64,000 bases of DNA from NCBI GenBank assembly GCA_051294905.1, contig CM119386.1:5890001-5954000 (forward strand). The letters are read 5' to 3'. Below the pieces are notes generated by a model, which did no database searches, was not told the origin of the DNA, and saw only the letters and a program-made list of their open reading frames with translations. Position 1 is the stretch's first letter. Each line of letters begins with the position of its first letter. Of this stretch, positions 1 through 13,229 are shown one piece after another. Source of the DNA: Botryllus schlosseri. Lineage: Eukaryota. The position numbers and the translations under genes were made by a program.

Positions 1-533
1 ATTTAATCCAACAATTACTATAGAATTTAGAATGTTTGTATTTACCATATTTGGTATTGACGTAGTACGCAGTGACGGAAGATTTTCTTCAGTACTCCCT
101 CTGTTCGGCTGGTGTTATCAATATGATGTGTTTGTTCTGCGCGAAGCTTCTCCGATGATGTCATATGCCCGTATAATTCGTCTTGTTATCTGTTTCACTC
201 GAGGTCCTGATAACATTTCATAACAAATGATTTGGTTAACGATGGGTTGTTCTAGGGATAAGATATTTGTTACTTTGTGGCATTTGTAATTTATGCGAGA
301 CCTTCATTTTTGGTTGCGTAAATTGACGACCAGTGCTGCAACTACTTGTGCGAACATAAATCGCTACATCGGTATTTCGACATTACCTTATTTAAGGAAT
401 CGTCTTCTCCATTCATAGTTCGTTACTGGTCCAATGGGCATGTTTTTTTCGCGTGCTCATATGTACGCAATTGTACCCGAAAACAGTTTATTCGCTGTAA
501 GATTCTTTTGTCGTAGTTTGGTCGTTATTACGA

Positions 534-673
534 TGTTGAGTGCATGGACTGTTGACTGTTGGATTTGCAGTGTCTGCATGATAACTACTTACAGAACGGA
601 ACGCTTTTGTAAGGTTTTCGTAAACTGAACATCTGCTTAGTGGATGTTTTGGGGCGTTCCTACAGTATTTGCA
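534..673 (-). mobile_element. Possible decayed BEL/Pao LTR-retrotransposon gag zinc-knuckle fragment
   Basis: CKYCRNAPKHPLSRCSVYENLTKAFR fits the Pao gag pattern C-x2-C-xn-H-x-L-x2-C-x2-[FY]-x2-L-x4-R. It is followed in another frame by CRHCKSNSQQSMHST. No LTR seen. Confidence 0.3.
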
Positions 674-1364
674 GGTCACTGCATTATCATATTCGGCTCA
701 AATATCACGCAGTCGCGTTCATTAATAAGCAATTCCTTGCCACAATTCCTCGTAATACAATCGCGAGTGGACTAATCACCCTAATCACATTCCGATTATT
801 CTGTATATACTCGTGTCGAAACCTGACCAGTAGTCCGTAGTCGAAATCTGATACCATCACGTTTGTAGCACCTTAAATGCGCTGACCGATGCGTACTGGG
901 TGCAAAGATGACACGGGAAGTTGCAACTGGTGAAATATTAGCTATGTTCTGGACGCTATCACAAGTCAGATCTTTATGTGGCTTGGAGTGTGCGGACCAG
1001 CTGTTGACGATACTCAGTCTCCAGTGGACGGCAATCAATTATCCTTATTTTTCGCAGTTACGAAGCTATTTTGTCGACTTAAGTTGCTCTACCCGTACAC
1101 CCGATTGTCGGTATGTCTTCCATTGTCTGATTCGGGGCCTACCATTTCGAGTAATCGTAATCTGACTCGTAAATCCTATCCCTTGCTTTTTCAATCACAA
1201 CCTATACTGCATGGGCTCAGCAGGTGAATTGGCCTGTACGGGTGGAACGTGGATAATGGCGTATAGAACAGAGATGGGTGAGCTGCCGCCCGTGACAGAA
1301 ATACTGTAGGGCCGCAAAAGCCTCACGCAACAATGTAAAAACGTCGATTTATTGGCGTGAAAAA

Positions 1365-1504
1365 TTCTAATTGTTACAATGTCAATCCAGTGTGACGCCA
1401 CAATTAAAGATTCGATGGCGTCATGGCTAAAAAACAGCAAAAAACAACAACAATAAACACATGTCTTAAAAAAGGGGCATGTTTTAAACATGCTTGTTTT
1501 AAAT
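1365..1504 (+). repeat. Partial copy of the MITE at 32601-33175
   Basis: Aligns by eye with 33013-33149 (caatgtcaatccaStgtgacgYca...aagattcg...gggcat...tttaaat) and ends in the TIR-like tgttttaaatg. Confidence 0.7.
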
Positions 1505-4500
1505 GGATTCTTGGTTTAACTGCATCCCTCGATGAAGCGTATTTTGCCACCATTATACTACGATGGAGCGTTTTTAATCATTAAAGGAGGAGACCCCCTT
1601 TTCGGCATAAGTACAGATTTTCCCTGCTCATAGCGTCCGAAAGAATATTCTCATACCTTTCTATTTCCCGCTCTACATCAGACTATTACATCAGACTCCA
1701 TTTTTGCTTCTATTACACAAGTATTGCATCAGTGACAACGTTACGAAGACTTACTTTTTCCAACCTCCAACATCGAAATACTGATTATAGAGGATGCTCG
1801 ATTATATAGGATAAATCAATGGTTTCAGCATGTGTTAGTGAGAGTTACTCATTATTTTCATCGCATGTCCATCTATTTTCCATGCAGATTTGAAAACGTT
1901 TGAGTATAGAGTTTATCTGGTTTCAACCGCAGCTGTGTGCGGAGTATAGTGTGTTTACTGGTATCTGGAGGAAGCTGAGGCGGAGATGTGTGTCTCCATT
2001 AGATTCAATTATAGATTTGAGTTTAATTTTCGATTTCACTTTCATATAGTAGCCGTTACGTTGGCGGGTTCACAAGAGTCGCAAGTTCAGTATCCGTCTG
2101 CATAAAATAGATATCACTCAGCACAAGGGACTTTTGTTGCCTCGGCAAGGCTACGACGAGAGACACGAGATTGCCCGAACCAAAGAGAAGATACTCAGAG
2201 TCAGCGATCCTGCAACAATTGCCATCAGCACATAAGAGAAACCAGGACGAATTTTGACAAGGTGTCGTGATCGTATCTCGACACGTCCGCATTGTTTCTG
2301 CCATTGTTTTAGGGACGTTTCTCAGATTTGAAACTGTTTGAAATACAAAAGGGTTCGAAAAATGCTCTGCGTTATCAGATGATTTGTTACAACCTTCTTC
2401 TTTCTACCGTTTTCTCCTTACACAGATAGGGTTGTGTCTTGTTTTGAACTCCGATTGTGCCTGAATCATATCAATGTGTTGCTCGTTCTAACCTCTTGGG
2501 TGTTGAGAACAATCAAACCTATGTAGATGAATGCAATTCTATCGGCAGTTAAATATTATTGTAGTTCAGAATAATTTCTAGGGCTGGGCCCCAAAGTGGG
2601 TCCAAACACCCGAGCTATACTTTAGGGGTTCGCGCTAAAATTCGCTGGAGAACTCTTGGTTTCTCACAAAGTGGAAACAGGTACGATTCCTCCGAGATAA
2701 CATTGACTAAAGTATAATCATCTCGCAGAATTGAATAAGGTTGCTCATCGCATGGCCAAATAAAAAATCTCTCACGCCCTGAAACCTAGCAAACTGAAGA
2801 TAATGAAGAAACAAATAACGATGGCTATTTCTTGCATTTGATTATCAAACATTTTTATAGCAAATCATTCTAATTCTATCGCGTAACGTCCAATTAATGC
2901 AGTTAGGACTAGGTCGCAAATGGCGTCCAAGAACACCCATAATACATTTTAGGGGTCTTCGGTAAAATAGTTTGATAATGCCTGCTCCGGAGGAACAAAA
3001 TGTAACAGTAACTTCGTAGCACTCCGTGCCGTGCTAGTCACGTGCCCATTTATTTTTGAATATACGCGGATAATAATCCGCCCTGCGCCTTCCTTATTAG
3101 GAATTGCATCTCGGCGGCATTGGTAGTGACGCGAATTTTTTAAAAATCACTGCCGCGATAGCATCTATAATCGTGATGAGACTAGTTGCACTTGGTGGTT
3201 CGCGTCCGTACTTGCATTCGCCGGGAGCAGAAAAGCAGTGTTGCTCTCCTACGTCACAGCGCGCTGGTTTAAGTTGCCACAACACGGGATACATGGGCAG
3301 AACAATGCCATCGTAAACACACAACACTTTATCGCCTTAAATCTAAGCACGTTAATGTCAGAATAACACGATGCGGGTCGCGCGATTTAGTCGCTGCTTT
3401 CCTCCGCCGTCTAGTTTCGAAATGCGTTTATCACCGTTGCATAACAGGCTTTTTGTAAATTAGGCAGCGCGCCGGGGTAGACTGGTACCATGTGATACCG
3501 TCTATTTCGCGATATTTACGGGTTTTAAGCGATTTATATCCCCCGCACGCATGGCTGCTCACTTCGCAGTCGTGTTGAGGGCGCTACTCTAATAGGAAAA
3601 GCGAAACTCTCGGCGGTTTGCCAACGAAACCAGGGCCTGAAAAATTGTTGCGACTGTTCCCGTGTCCCTGGTGCTAAAACCTAATACTGGGCCCGTATCG
3701 GAGTTTTTGCATTGTGAAAAAAGCTACTAATGCTTCTTTTTTGTTTCGCTGTCACGGGGAACTGTTTTGTATGTTGCAAGTTTCGCCTCGTGTTTTGGGA
3801 TCGCGCCGCTCGACATGGAAAATACTGGTTTCCGCCTGATATCCGTGTAATGCACCTTCAGTTGGAGATTCGCAGCGGACATTGCGCTTTTGCAACTATG
3901 TCTATAATAAAACCTGTACAAATGTCAGCGTGCCATTATATTACAACAAAAATAGATGCATGCCCAATAGTTTCCGTTATGCTTAGTACTCGAGGCGTAA
4001 TTTACTGGTGCCTTTTGACTAACGCGTGAGTAACTCGTGCATCCAGTATATTTTCGATAAGGTGTTATTCAATGAATACTTCGATTGTTGGTCCACAATC
4101 GGTTGGTAACGACAAATCGCGATCCACGATAAGTCAGGTTTGTTCTGTACTGTAATTAGAGTTTATATATAAATTCTTATGTAAAAATCGCTGTAAATAG
4201 GCGCCCGCATTCTAAAATAACGCATTGAATAACACTGAACATTTTTTTAGATTTTGTTGGTTATTCTTTGTGCCTTGTGCGGCTTTCCTAAATATCGTGC
4301 GTCACAATGATACAGGTAATAATTAATTATCGAGATCACGAAACCGCTACCGTTCTCCATGATATATTTATCTGAATAGGCAATGAAAAAGTCAGACATT
4401 TGGACATGATGATATTTGAATCTCTTGAATTTTAAACTTACGCGGAACTTTACCTTGGAATACAGTACGGGTCCATACATGTACGCTCAACTACCCTGGG

Positions 4501-7500
4501 CCCGCCACCAACGCAATGCCTCCCATCTTCAATCAAGAAGGGATAGATGTAGAGCCAGAAGACAGCGAATTCATTATTTCACCAAGGAATGCAGCAGTCA
4601 TTCATATATTTTTAATGGAATTTTGTAGTCTAAGGTAGCAACGGTTTTCGGCCACAGACGGATAAAGCCCCACCTGACAACCTGGCACCGGCCAACTCCA
4701 ACTATTTTATATACCCAATATTTTTTTTGCGTAGAATAAATAAAAATGTAGCTTCGAAATGGCCATGTCTATGCCCAAGTGCAGTTACGCGAAAGCCAAA
4801 CATCGAAATACAATCCAAATGCGATCAGGATCTTCAAATGTTATGCTTTTACATTAAAATACCGCGACCTTCCGATTCTGTAACTCGTGTGTGGTGTTTT
4901 CTTTGTGATGTAAGTTTCATGCAAATGATGAAAAGTGTCGAGCATTGAAAGACCGAGGTGTGTAGAAGTATTTTTGTACAAACCGATCTTCGACGAACTT
5001 GTAACGTCTCGCGGTCGATTGCACGGATTGCATTTTCAAGTTTTAATTTTTTCATGCTTTTTGATGGTTACCCTTACCCATCAGTTTGTAGATTTAATCT
5101 TCAGCAATTCCGGGAGAAAAAGTGATATTGTTATTAATGTGTTTTAATCGCAAGTCACGTTAGTATAGTATTGAACAATGTCATTAATATTGACCTAGGA
5201 TTTGGTCGGTTTGCGGCAGTGATGTCGGTGACTGCATGGTTGCTTGCAACAATATTTCAGAGGTTTCCATGTATAATACCTAGATCAAAGGTGGTCCATT
5301 TAGTCATTGATGACGCCCAAGTATATGGAGAAGTAATGATATTTATTTATACCTAATTACAAATGGTAGTAACGATTGTCAAGATAATCCATAAATTATT
5401 TAAATCGCAAAAAGTGATATCAGAAAATTACCCCAGATGGTTGATGTCAACCGGTAGTTTGGGTATGGGTATGTCATGCTTTTGGTAGTGAATTGTGTGT
5501 TCCAACTTTCAACATTGCAGTGTACATCTTCTCGACTAGCGGAGAATGACCAGTGACCACCATTGCAGAAGAAGTTGAAGTAGTCTTACTGCATAGCTAT
5601 TTCAGTAAGTAGGTAGTAGATAAAACTGCCTGTGCTATTTACTTCGCAGTACTTCGTTACTGGCCACTTTTGAATTTGTGAATATGTCAATGTGAGTCTG
5701 CAACGAAAAGTTTGCGCAACCCCGATGTAGGATATACTTGCTTGGAAGGTTCATGCGTGTAAGCTGGTAAACGAGCTGTTGATAACCACTGGTTAAAATA
5801 TGCTATACGCCAGTGCTGAATCGGCGGACACCCGGGCATCTTATATTGTATTTTATTTGAAAATATTGCTACCCGACCGTGACATCGTTAGTGACTGCAA
5901 AATCACTGCGCGCAACTTCCGATCGTCAAGATAAGCTGGTTCCGAATTCGCATGGAGATTTCAATTATTGTATCTACAAAAGATTATGTGTTATATCTAT
6001 AAATCCTTGTTTTTCTAATCAGGCGTGGTACCTAAATCGGTTTTTCGAAAACTAATGGACAGCGATCATTGTTGTTAAGACAAGTATATGACCGAGTTCA
6101 CGTGTACTCTTTTGTTAAATGCTCTGTTCTTATCGACAACGAAATCACAAGAACCGATGAGGAAGCGCCCGCTAATACATGAATTATACGGGAATCCTTT
6201 CCGCTTTGGGTTACCCGCCGATGGATTTAACAACCCTTTGCGCTAATATTGTTTATTTTGAAATATTTAATTCTCTGACAACCTCCATCATAAGAAGTGT
6301 ATGTTTTGGGAAATTCAATGATGCCGGTGTAAGCTCATTGGTAGAAGTGTATTCTTTGCTGTTTCTAGAATATGGTCTGAATACACAATGCATTACCACT
6401 TCTACCGATAAACTGCTAATTCGGAAATACACAACAATAGTGTGATTTCCGTTTGGTTTCCATGGCGGTCGCTTGTCAGAATTGAATAACTGTGTAGTTT
6501 TAAGGGTAATGCCGTGCCCCAGTGACTGATACACTATATTTAACACTGCAGTGCTGCACTATATTGAACAGTTCATTCTACAATCAATTTGAAACTGTTT
6601 ATGCTATTTTCAGTCAGTAGGGCCCATGTCATTCCTATAATTAACATTCCTATATAGTTATCTCACAGTGTCGGTAGATCATGCGGTTTGTACTCATGTA
6701 GCCATAAGGCCAAAATTGACGCCGCCTTGCACTTGAAGTTCCAAATATAATTGGAGACAGATATAGATTTTTATATAGCCTATTGTTCGCTGATTCGGGC
6801 AGTGGTTTGCAATCTGTAATTTATCAATATAAATATACTCATTCGAATGCTGCAAACTCCATCATCATGTCTTCTTCCTAACGTACTGCTATACATAATT
6901 TCCGTTATACTCAACTCGCAACATGCACATAATCTCAGTATCATTGCCGTCAGTGCCACATCTCTGCTCTGTGGAATGGAGCATTGACGTATCATTTTAA
7001 GTGCATTTGTTTTTATGGACATAACTACACTTACCCGATATTCGTTGCTGACCAATGGTACTTCTATTCTCACTGTAAATTAATAGCTCCCATCCCAATA
7101 TGTCAGACTAGAATGGAACACTTACAGTTCTATGTTCAAGTATATATAGTTTCCATAAACGACTAAAGGTATCGCGTAAGCCATAAACTAGCATGGCTCA
7201 GCAAAACTGCCGCAATTGTACGGAGAGGGGGTTAATGAAGTCACTTAAAATTTGGGACTATGCTTCGCAGAATTAGTCTTGGCGAACAACCTATAAAACA
7301 CATTGAAGTCAACTATTAAGTGAGCTGTATTGTCAATAAACGTGGAATTGTTGCTTAGTCTAGTTAAAAATTATCTCTACTTGTTCAAAACTGGATATGA
7401 AAGACAATATTCAGGTAAAAGACGGGAGTAAAAGTGTATCAAACAGTCTTACTTAGAATTGGTAGAAGTAATTGGTTACTGGTCGCCTAATCTCTGTTCG

Positions 7501-8399
7501 ACTATTCACCGAGCACCTAAACTCTCCACTGGATAGAGCACCAATGCACCTCTAGAATGCCAAAAAATGTATTTGAACATTAACTGATTAGTCCAGATTT
7601 TTGACTAGCATACATAACAAACTGCGCAGTACTCGCGTATACAAGCACTCGAGCTGCCGACTTTGGATTATTTCGTCAGGTAGTTATATCCCACATGTTG
7701 AATATATGTAGTTTTTTTGGCAAAAACCCTCCGAAGTGTAGGTTGATTCCATACAATTCCACGTGTTTCTTCGATTTTACACTGTCCAGCTGGTGGCAGC
7801 GTTATATAGATACACATAGTACATATCTATATATAAGTTCAGTGGTGCCAGAGAACAGTACGTCTGGCCAACACAGGTGAGTCATACTTGTCACTAAGTT
7901 GTCTCTGTTTATGTTTTGCCTGAATGACCATTGACTAATGACCATGGCATTTGGAGTAATGTGAACTGAACATCTGAGAAACATTATTGGTAGTATTAAA
8001 TATTATTGTACGTACATGTATACATATATAATAAGTCATGTATCCTCGTAGGAATAGTGGGAATGACGTAGGCAAAATATCGCAATATTTATTCTATTTT
8101 ACCTAAACATAGAATTCATTTGTTTTCGACCCCCAGGGTGTAGTGACTGTGTGTGATTATTCCTGATGTATCTTATATTTTGAGATATCATAATTCATAA
8201 CGTTGGACCGCAAAGCGCAAGGTGTGGTATCATGATTAGACTTATTGCGATCACTGTTACGGATATGGCACTTGGCATTCAATGCAACAAGCGACTTCAT
8301 CTTTCTGTGCTAGCAGAAAAGTATGTGAAAATGAGATTCATGGGAGCTTTCGCATTATTACAAGTAAAGATCGATGGATACAAATAGGACGAAATAGAC

Positions 8400-9587
8400 C
8401 AGTGGTTCTCAACCTTTTTCACCTCGCGGACCGGTAAAATTTCAAAAAATGTCTGGCGGACCGGTAAACTTTCAAAATTGAAATGAAGTCAAAGTGTAAA
8501 GTATGCAACCGTTTTTTGGAATCATATGATTTTAGAGAGTGACATTTGGAGGGTTTTTATCGTAATCATTATCTTCATGATGGCATCCATGTGATTTTGT
8601 GGTAGTCAGTCTGCTGGGTCGAGGTAAAATTGCCTTGTCCAGATAAACGTGCTACCGCCCAAAGTCGTTTACAGTCTTTCGCGCAGAAGGGCGTGGATTT
8701 AACCGAATATACGCCAACTCGAATAATATTCTTCTCTTCGACAATATCGAGAGAAGAAGCATTTCGGAGTCGAACCAGGCACCTTGCTCATTGCCCGCTG
8801 CCACCGGACGCATAGGCTACTATGGTGGGGTTACCATACGTCCTCTTCTAAGAGGATTTGTCCTGTTTTTTGACTTTTTTGAAAGTGTCCTCGGAGGACG
8901 CCCTTTTGTCCTCTTTTTTGAGATTTTGTCCTCTTATTTGAAAATTTCGGTCACATTTAGAGCAAAATGCGAGTGATATGCCGTAAATTAGCACAGAAGT
9001 GACGCTCCGGCGGGTATTTCGGATTGAAAAACGGTGATCTGAGCTCTGAGCGAAAAGTTGGCCTTTTTTTTTAGTCAACCGATCACAAAGTGGGAAAAAT
9101 TCACCGATTTTTGAGAATTATTATCCGGTTTTGCAAGTCTCAAATTTCTGAAAAAGTGTCCTCTTTTTAGATTTCCAAAATATGGTAAGCCTATATACTA
9201 TGGCAACTACGAATACATTGCGTGCCGCAATATAACACCTGCCCAGTTACGGTCCTGCACAAAATGAATGAATCGAAAACGAATGATCGCGCCAACTGCG
9301 GTGTTTAGCGATGATTCAGGTCGTATCTGTTCTGTACTTGTCGCTCGCATGTCGTCATATGTCACATCTTTAACTTTAAGTCAAATCGAGCATGTTTCCA
9401 GCCCTAATGTTACCTCGCGTAGTTCTGAATCAGTTTAAAATTTAATGTTTAATATATTTTATCGATGGAAAAGCCTTCAACTTTTCATCTGGAATTTAAG
9501 TTATAAAATTGTAAGATACCTCTCGGACCGGCAGGAAAGTCGTCGCGGACCGGCACCGGTCCGCGGACCAGCGGTTGAGAACCACTG
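8400..9587. mobile_element. Non-autonomous hAT (Charlie/Buster-type) element
   Basis: Perfect 15-bp TIRs CAGTGGTTCTCAACC / GGTTGAGAACCACTG. Perfect 8-bp TSD AAATAGAC (8392-8399, 9588-9595). Subterminal CGGACCGG repeats. Confidence 0.93.
8826..9193 (+). mobile_element. Blackjack-like hAT MITE, copy 1, nested in 8400-9587
   Basis: TIR-like ends TGGGGTTACCATA / TATGGTAAGCCTA. TACTATGG at 8818-8825 recurs at 9196-9203 (TSD offset by 2 nt). Repeated GTCCTC motifs. Clearly homologous to 28113-28439 and 36862-37214, also visible in the ORF track. Confidence 0.85.
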
Positions 9588-9845
9588 AAATAGACCACGA
9601 AGATGTCGTTACTTTCCTAGCGGCGAGCTTTTTCGGCTTCGTATGCTTTTCCCGGGATTCTTTATTGTGCGCGGTGTTCATGTGCTGGATTCTGCACTTC
9701 CCGCCAGACCGTTATAAATTGTGAAAAACAGCTACATTTTGTAGGGATAGACTGGTCTAATCCCGTAAGTCCCTTGCCATATTTTCACAAACGGTGTGAC
9801 ACGGTCACATACATGCAGTCTTTGCGGAAAGCCTTAAGTTGAAAT

Positions 9846-10247
9846 TGGTGCGGAGCGGCTCTCTGGTCTGACTCCGAGTCCGGATTTTAGAAATGACCGT
9901 GATCCGGTCCGAAAAAATCCGATAATAATCATCCACTCACAGGAGGGTATTGAATATTGATTGAAACAATGCAAACAGGACAGTAAAAACCCAAAGATCA
10001 AACCCAACCCTTATCTGAATTTATTATGCCAACTTGGTCTTATCATGTGGTTTATTTCCATGAACGTTTCTCTTTAATAATTGATTCGAGGGTGGAAGAG
10101 GGTAAGGATGTCACGCTATTAGTAAAAAGTACTGATCCGGCTCCGCTCCGACTCCGGCCATATCAGAAAAAATACTGACCCGGCTCCGGCCAAAATGAGA
10201 AAATCCGGCCGAATATCCAATCCGTCTCCGGTCCATGCTCCGCCCTA
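9846..10247. mobile_element. MITE with TCCGG/CTCCG subterminal repeats
   Basis: Imperfect TIRs TGGTGCGGAGC / GCTCCGCCCTA. Both ends are dense in actccg/atccgg motifs around an AT-rich core. Possible decayed TSD AGTTG(AAA/CAT). Confidence 0.6.
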
Positions 10248-10699
10248 AGTTGCATCGTAAATATAAGTGAGATGATAAACCTCGTAAGAAAAAGGGACAA
10301 ACATATATTCGATATTCGTGGTGTTATTCTATTAGTACGAATCGCATCCAATAAAGGAATTGACCGTTGACAATTGCACATTTCTTGGCCTTGGCACATG
10401 TCTTTCATGATATTATACAATGTTGTGTTCCAACCTTTGGCAATCTGTGGACTACCTTGAGATGGGAATTCACGTCTTGTTCCCCAGGTGCTATTGGGGC
10501 TAATAAAATAGACAACAAAACTTAGTTATGCCAGTGTGAGTGTATGTTCCACTTGCGCCTGGCAAGTGCGTTTTGAATGTCTCACCATAGATAATTCTGA
10601 TATCTACAAGGTGTTAACTTGCACCGCAAACCGCTAGTGTCCGTAACTGACGATGTCATTTAAACGACTATACACTTGTACAGAGTAATGCAAGAGTTT

Positions 10700-12030
10700 C
10701 ACTTTCCCTCACAACACCAAAAGACCTACTGATAACTATAAAGATGACGCAAAAACACCCTCTCAGCTAAATCGCATAAACTTTAGCGTAGAGCTATCAT
10801 TTGATACCATAATGATAGGTCCGTCCGATTTTACTACTTGACTTACGCCGTCAAATACGGTCGGTAGTTTTTGCGATTGGTTTATATTTACTACGATTCT
10901 ATATTTAGAAACCAGTGACTTGATCACCAATCCCGACGGTTTATTGCGGCTTAACGCGGTGCTTAGACTGCGTAGTTTTTATCGGGTTACCGAAACCTAT
11001 CAATTTTCACATATATCTTTAGAAATTATATTTATGAAATGAAGGTGTACGAATTTCTCCTCTGCTATAGTTTGAAACTTTGTTTCTGACCCGACGGGAA
11101 TTTGCTCGCGTTGATTATCCCCGAAGGTAATTTTATTTCCAAAGTTCCCCAAGTGGTTGTCGTGTCGAGATAGGTGCGATACTGAAATAATGTTAGTATG
11201 GTTTACATTGATGTCTCGGCGGGATGCGTTTATGCGCTAATTTTTCCAATTGCTTTTCGGTGGTAAACTCCTATGAAACCGTGATCGAGATGAAGTTATC
11301 GCTGTCCCAATAGGATTCAATTTTAGTTTCTTTCGGTCACGACAAACGCTCGATTTGTGCTCGTTCTGGTAATGGCCATTAAATCAGACATTGACTGTGG
11401 TGGTACAGAAGGCTTATTGACCTGAACTCTCAATAATCTTCTAGGTGTAGGGGATCTTTCGTTTGTCTTCAAAACTGTTTTACCTCAGTGAGCACGTCCT
11501 ACCTATTTGAGTATAGTTATCGGAACTGATGTAAGCTGTGATAACTGAATAAGTCGATGATGCATCTTTCTATAGATATGTCTATTCCATAAGCATCGTT
11601 TCAAGGCGAGATCTGCCCGAGGTGAAGACAATGTCATTGCTATCCTGATTATAGGAGGGTGAAATCGAATCAAAAATTTTATATTATGAAATATTAATCT
11701 ATGTCACTGAATTGAAGTTCCAGTAGTATTTCGAAATAAAGGTATCTTGAATGAAAGTGGGGAGCAGTATTCACGCTCATTATTGTAGCGACATCAATTT
11801 GACTTTTAAGGGATCTTTGAGAGCGTGACCGTGTTGCCCAAATCATTTAAGATGATTACTGGAAGTTTACAACCAAAACTGCTTTGCCCAATAAGAAGGT
11901 ACAAAGGCCCCTGAATGTGATTACTCCCGTATATGCGCTCAAATCAATTGATTCTATATTCGAACTGTTGACACGATAATTCCAGTCTCCCTGATTCCGG
12001 TGTGCTTGTTTCATTATCCGGAGAATTAAC
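10700..12030 (-). mobile_element. Heavily decayed non-LTR retrotransposon (CR1/L2-like) ORF2: APE endonuclease, linker and start of RT
   Basis: Motif remnants occur in the expected order on the minus strand: PVIILNDL (11836-11862, cf. VIILGDFN), ISPSYNQDSNDIVFTS (11618-11665, cf. PT...DLVFT), FSYHSL (11532-11549, cf. SDH), RVRNKV (11076-11093), GVFASSL (cf. G.FP..WK). Many stops and frameshifts; boundaries approximate. Confidence 0.45.
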
Positions 12031-12780
12031 GGAGACCGCAGAGAATTATGCTAAAACAAATATGAGAACAATTTAGTGATTACCGTGTGTGTATCATGTG
12101 CATGTGCATAATCCTTTTTCATAACTACGAACGGAGAACTATACCTCAACTAAATGGAATATGAATGCACTGTTTGATCACGAGAATATGCCGACTCTTA
12201 TATCGCGAAACGCATCGTACTTATCCGTGTCTGGTGGAACCGTTGATTGCTTGAGACACGCCTTATTTCGTTTTACGGATATAATCCTAATTGTCCGCAC
12301 ACGCAGATCAACAAGTTCCTAATATGGTGCTTCGCCGGTTATCGTACACACACAGTTGCGAGCAGTTGTTTGTTTGGTCGATGTGGCTCGGAACCTAAAC
12401 ACTCGATGCGGATCCGTGTTGTACCGTTCCTATCTGAAGTACAATTGTTTGTTTATGTTTCCGACTGCGTCGAGGCTATTTTTGTGACGATGTTGTTTCA
12501 CGATTTTTCTGTGTTGAAAAGTTAAAATCGAGCATATGTGGTGTTTCGCGCTATTTTTGTCTCTGTGGTCAAAGTTAATACAGTGGACAGTGCGGATTAA
12601 TCATTTTCGTAACTGGAAATGGTCTGTCTTAGCTCCTACCGTGAATAACATCTCAAACTATAACGGCTCTTCCATCTTGCATTGTTCAGAACCTGATTTT
12701 CATTTTCCCATATTATAAGGTTCTGCACAGTACACATTCGCTTCAACTTTAATTTTTTGCATCTGCAATCGAAACCGGAA

Positions 12781-12806
<26 letters not shown>
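12781..12806 (+). repeat. (TG)13 microsatellite
   Basis: Read directly. Confidence 0.97.
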
Positions 12807-12811
<5 letters not shown>

Positions 12812-13072
12812 TTACAGCCTTTGATATCGCACTACAAATGCTCATAAATTCTTTCCGGACCGCAGCCGTTATCTCCAACTATGAAGTTTCAAAAGTAAAC
12901 CACCGGGAGTTCAAAATCCATCCGCACATTTGAATATAGTTGTTGCACGATGAAATGCATCACGTGGCGCCACATTAATACACCCCATTGACTAAGGTGA
13001 GACACGAGTCATATCTGCTGGGTGCGTGGCTCAAACCCTTGTTATTGTGATGTAACATCAAAGGAGACTGTG

Positions 13073-13229
13073 ACATCGGGCACTCGGTCGAGGTGGACAT
13101 CAACTGGTTGGTCGTTCGGCATCCCCCTATCTGTTCATTACATCGCATTGTGTGTCTTGTATATCGCATTGTACATTGTGTGTGTGTCTTGGGCAGATGA
13201 AAATATAATCTGACGATTGATTGATTGAT
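13073..13229 (+). repeat. Interspersed repeat with (GATT)n tail, copy 1 (SINE or LINE 3' end)
   Basis: Shares acatcgggca, ggtcgttcg, a 28-bp core tgtgtcttgtRtatcgcattgYacattg and a gattgattgat tail with 45999-46140. Confidence 0.7.

Noticed and set aside
1058-1110. 53-nt exon-like segment (ttatttttcgcAG ... TCG|GTATGT) reading xTKLFCRLKLLYPYTRLS, phase-compatible with the WWOX last exon; PYTRLS aligns with PFTKSM
   Set aside because: RPFTKS is strongly conserved in WWOX and the match here is weak, while the terminal exon is well conserved. If it were real, the intron would still be 55 kb.
5303-5323. YLGVIND on the minus strand (LINE RT YLGV motif)
   Set aside because: No further RT motifs at the right spacing.
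7036-7073. Small antisense exon-like segments (also near 25578-25661) with plausible splice sites
   Set aside because: They do not join into a recognisable protein; such sites are common by chance in 55 kb.
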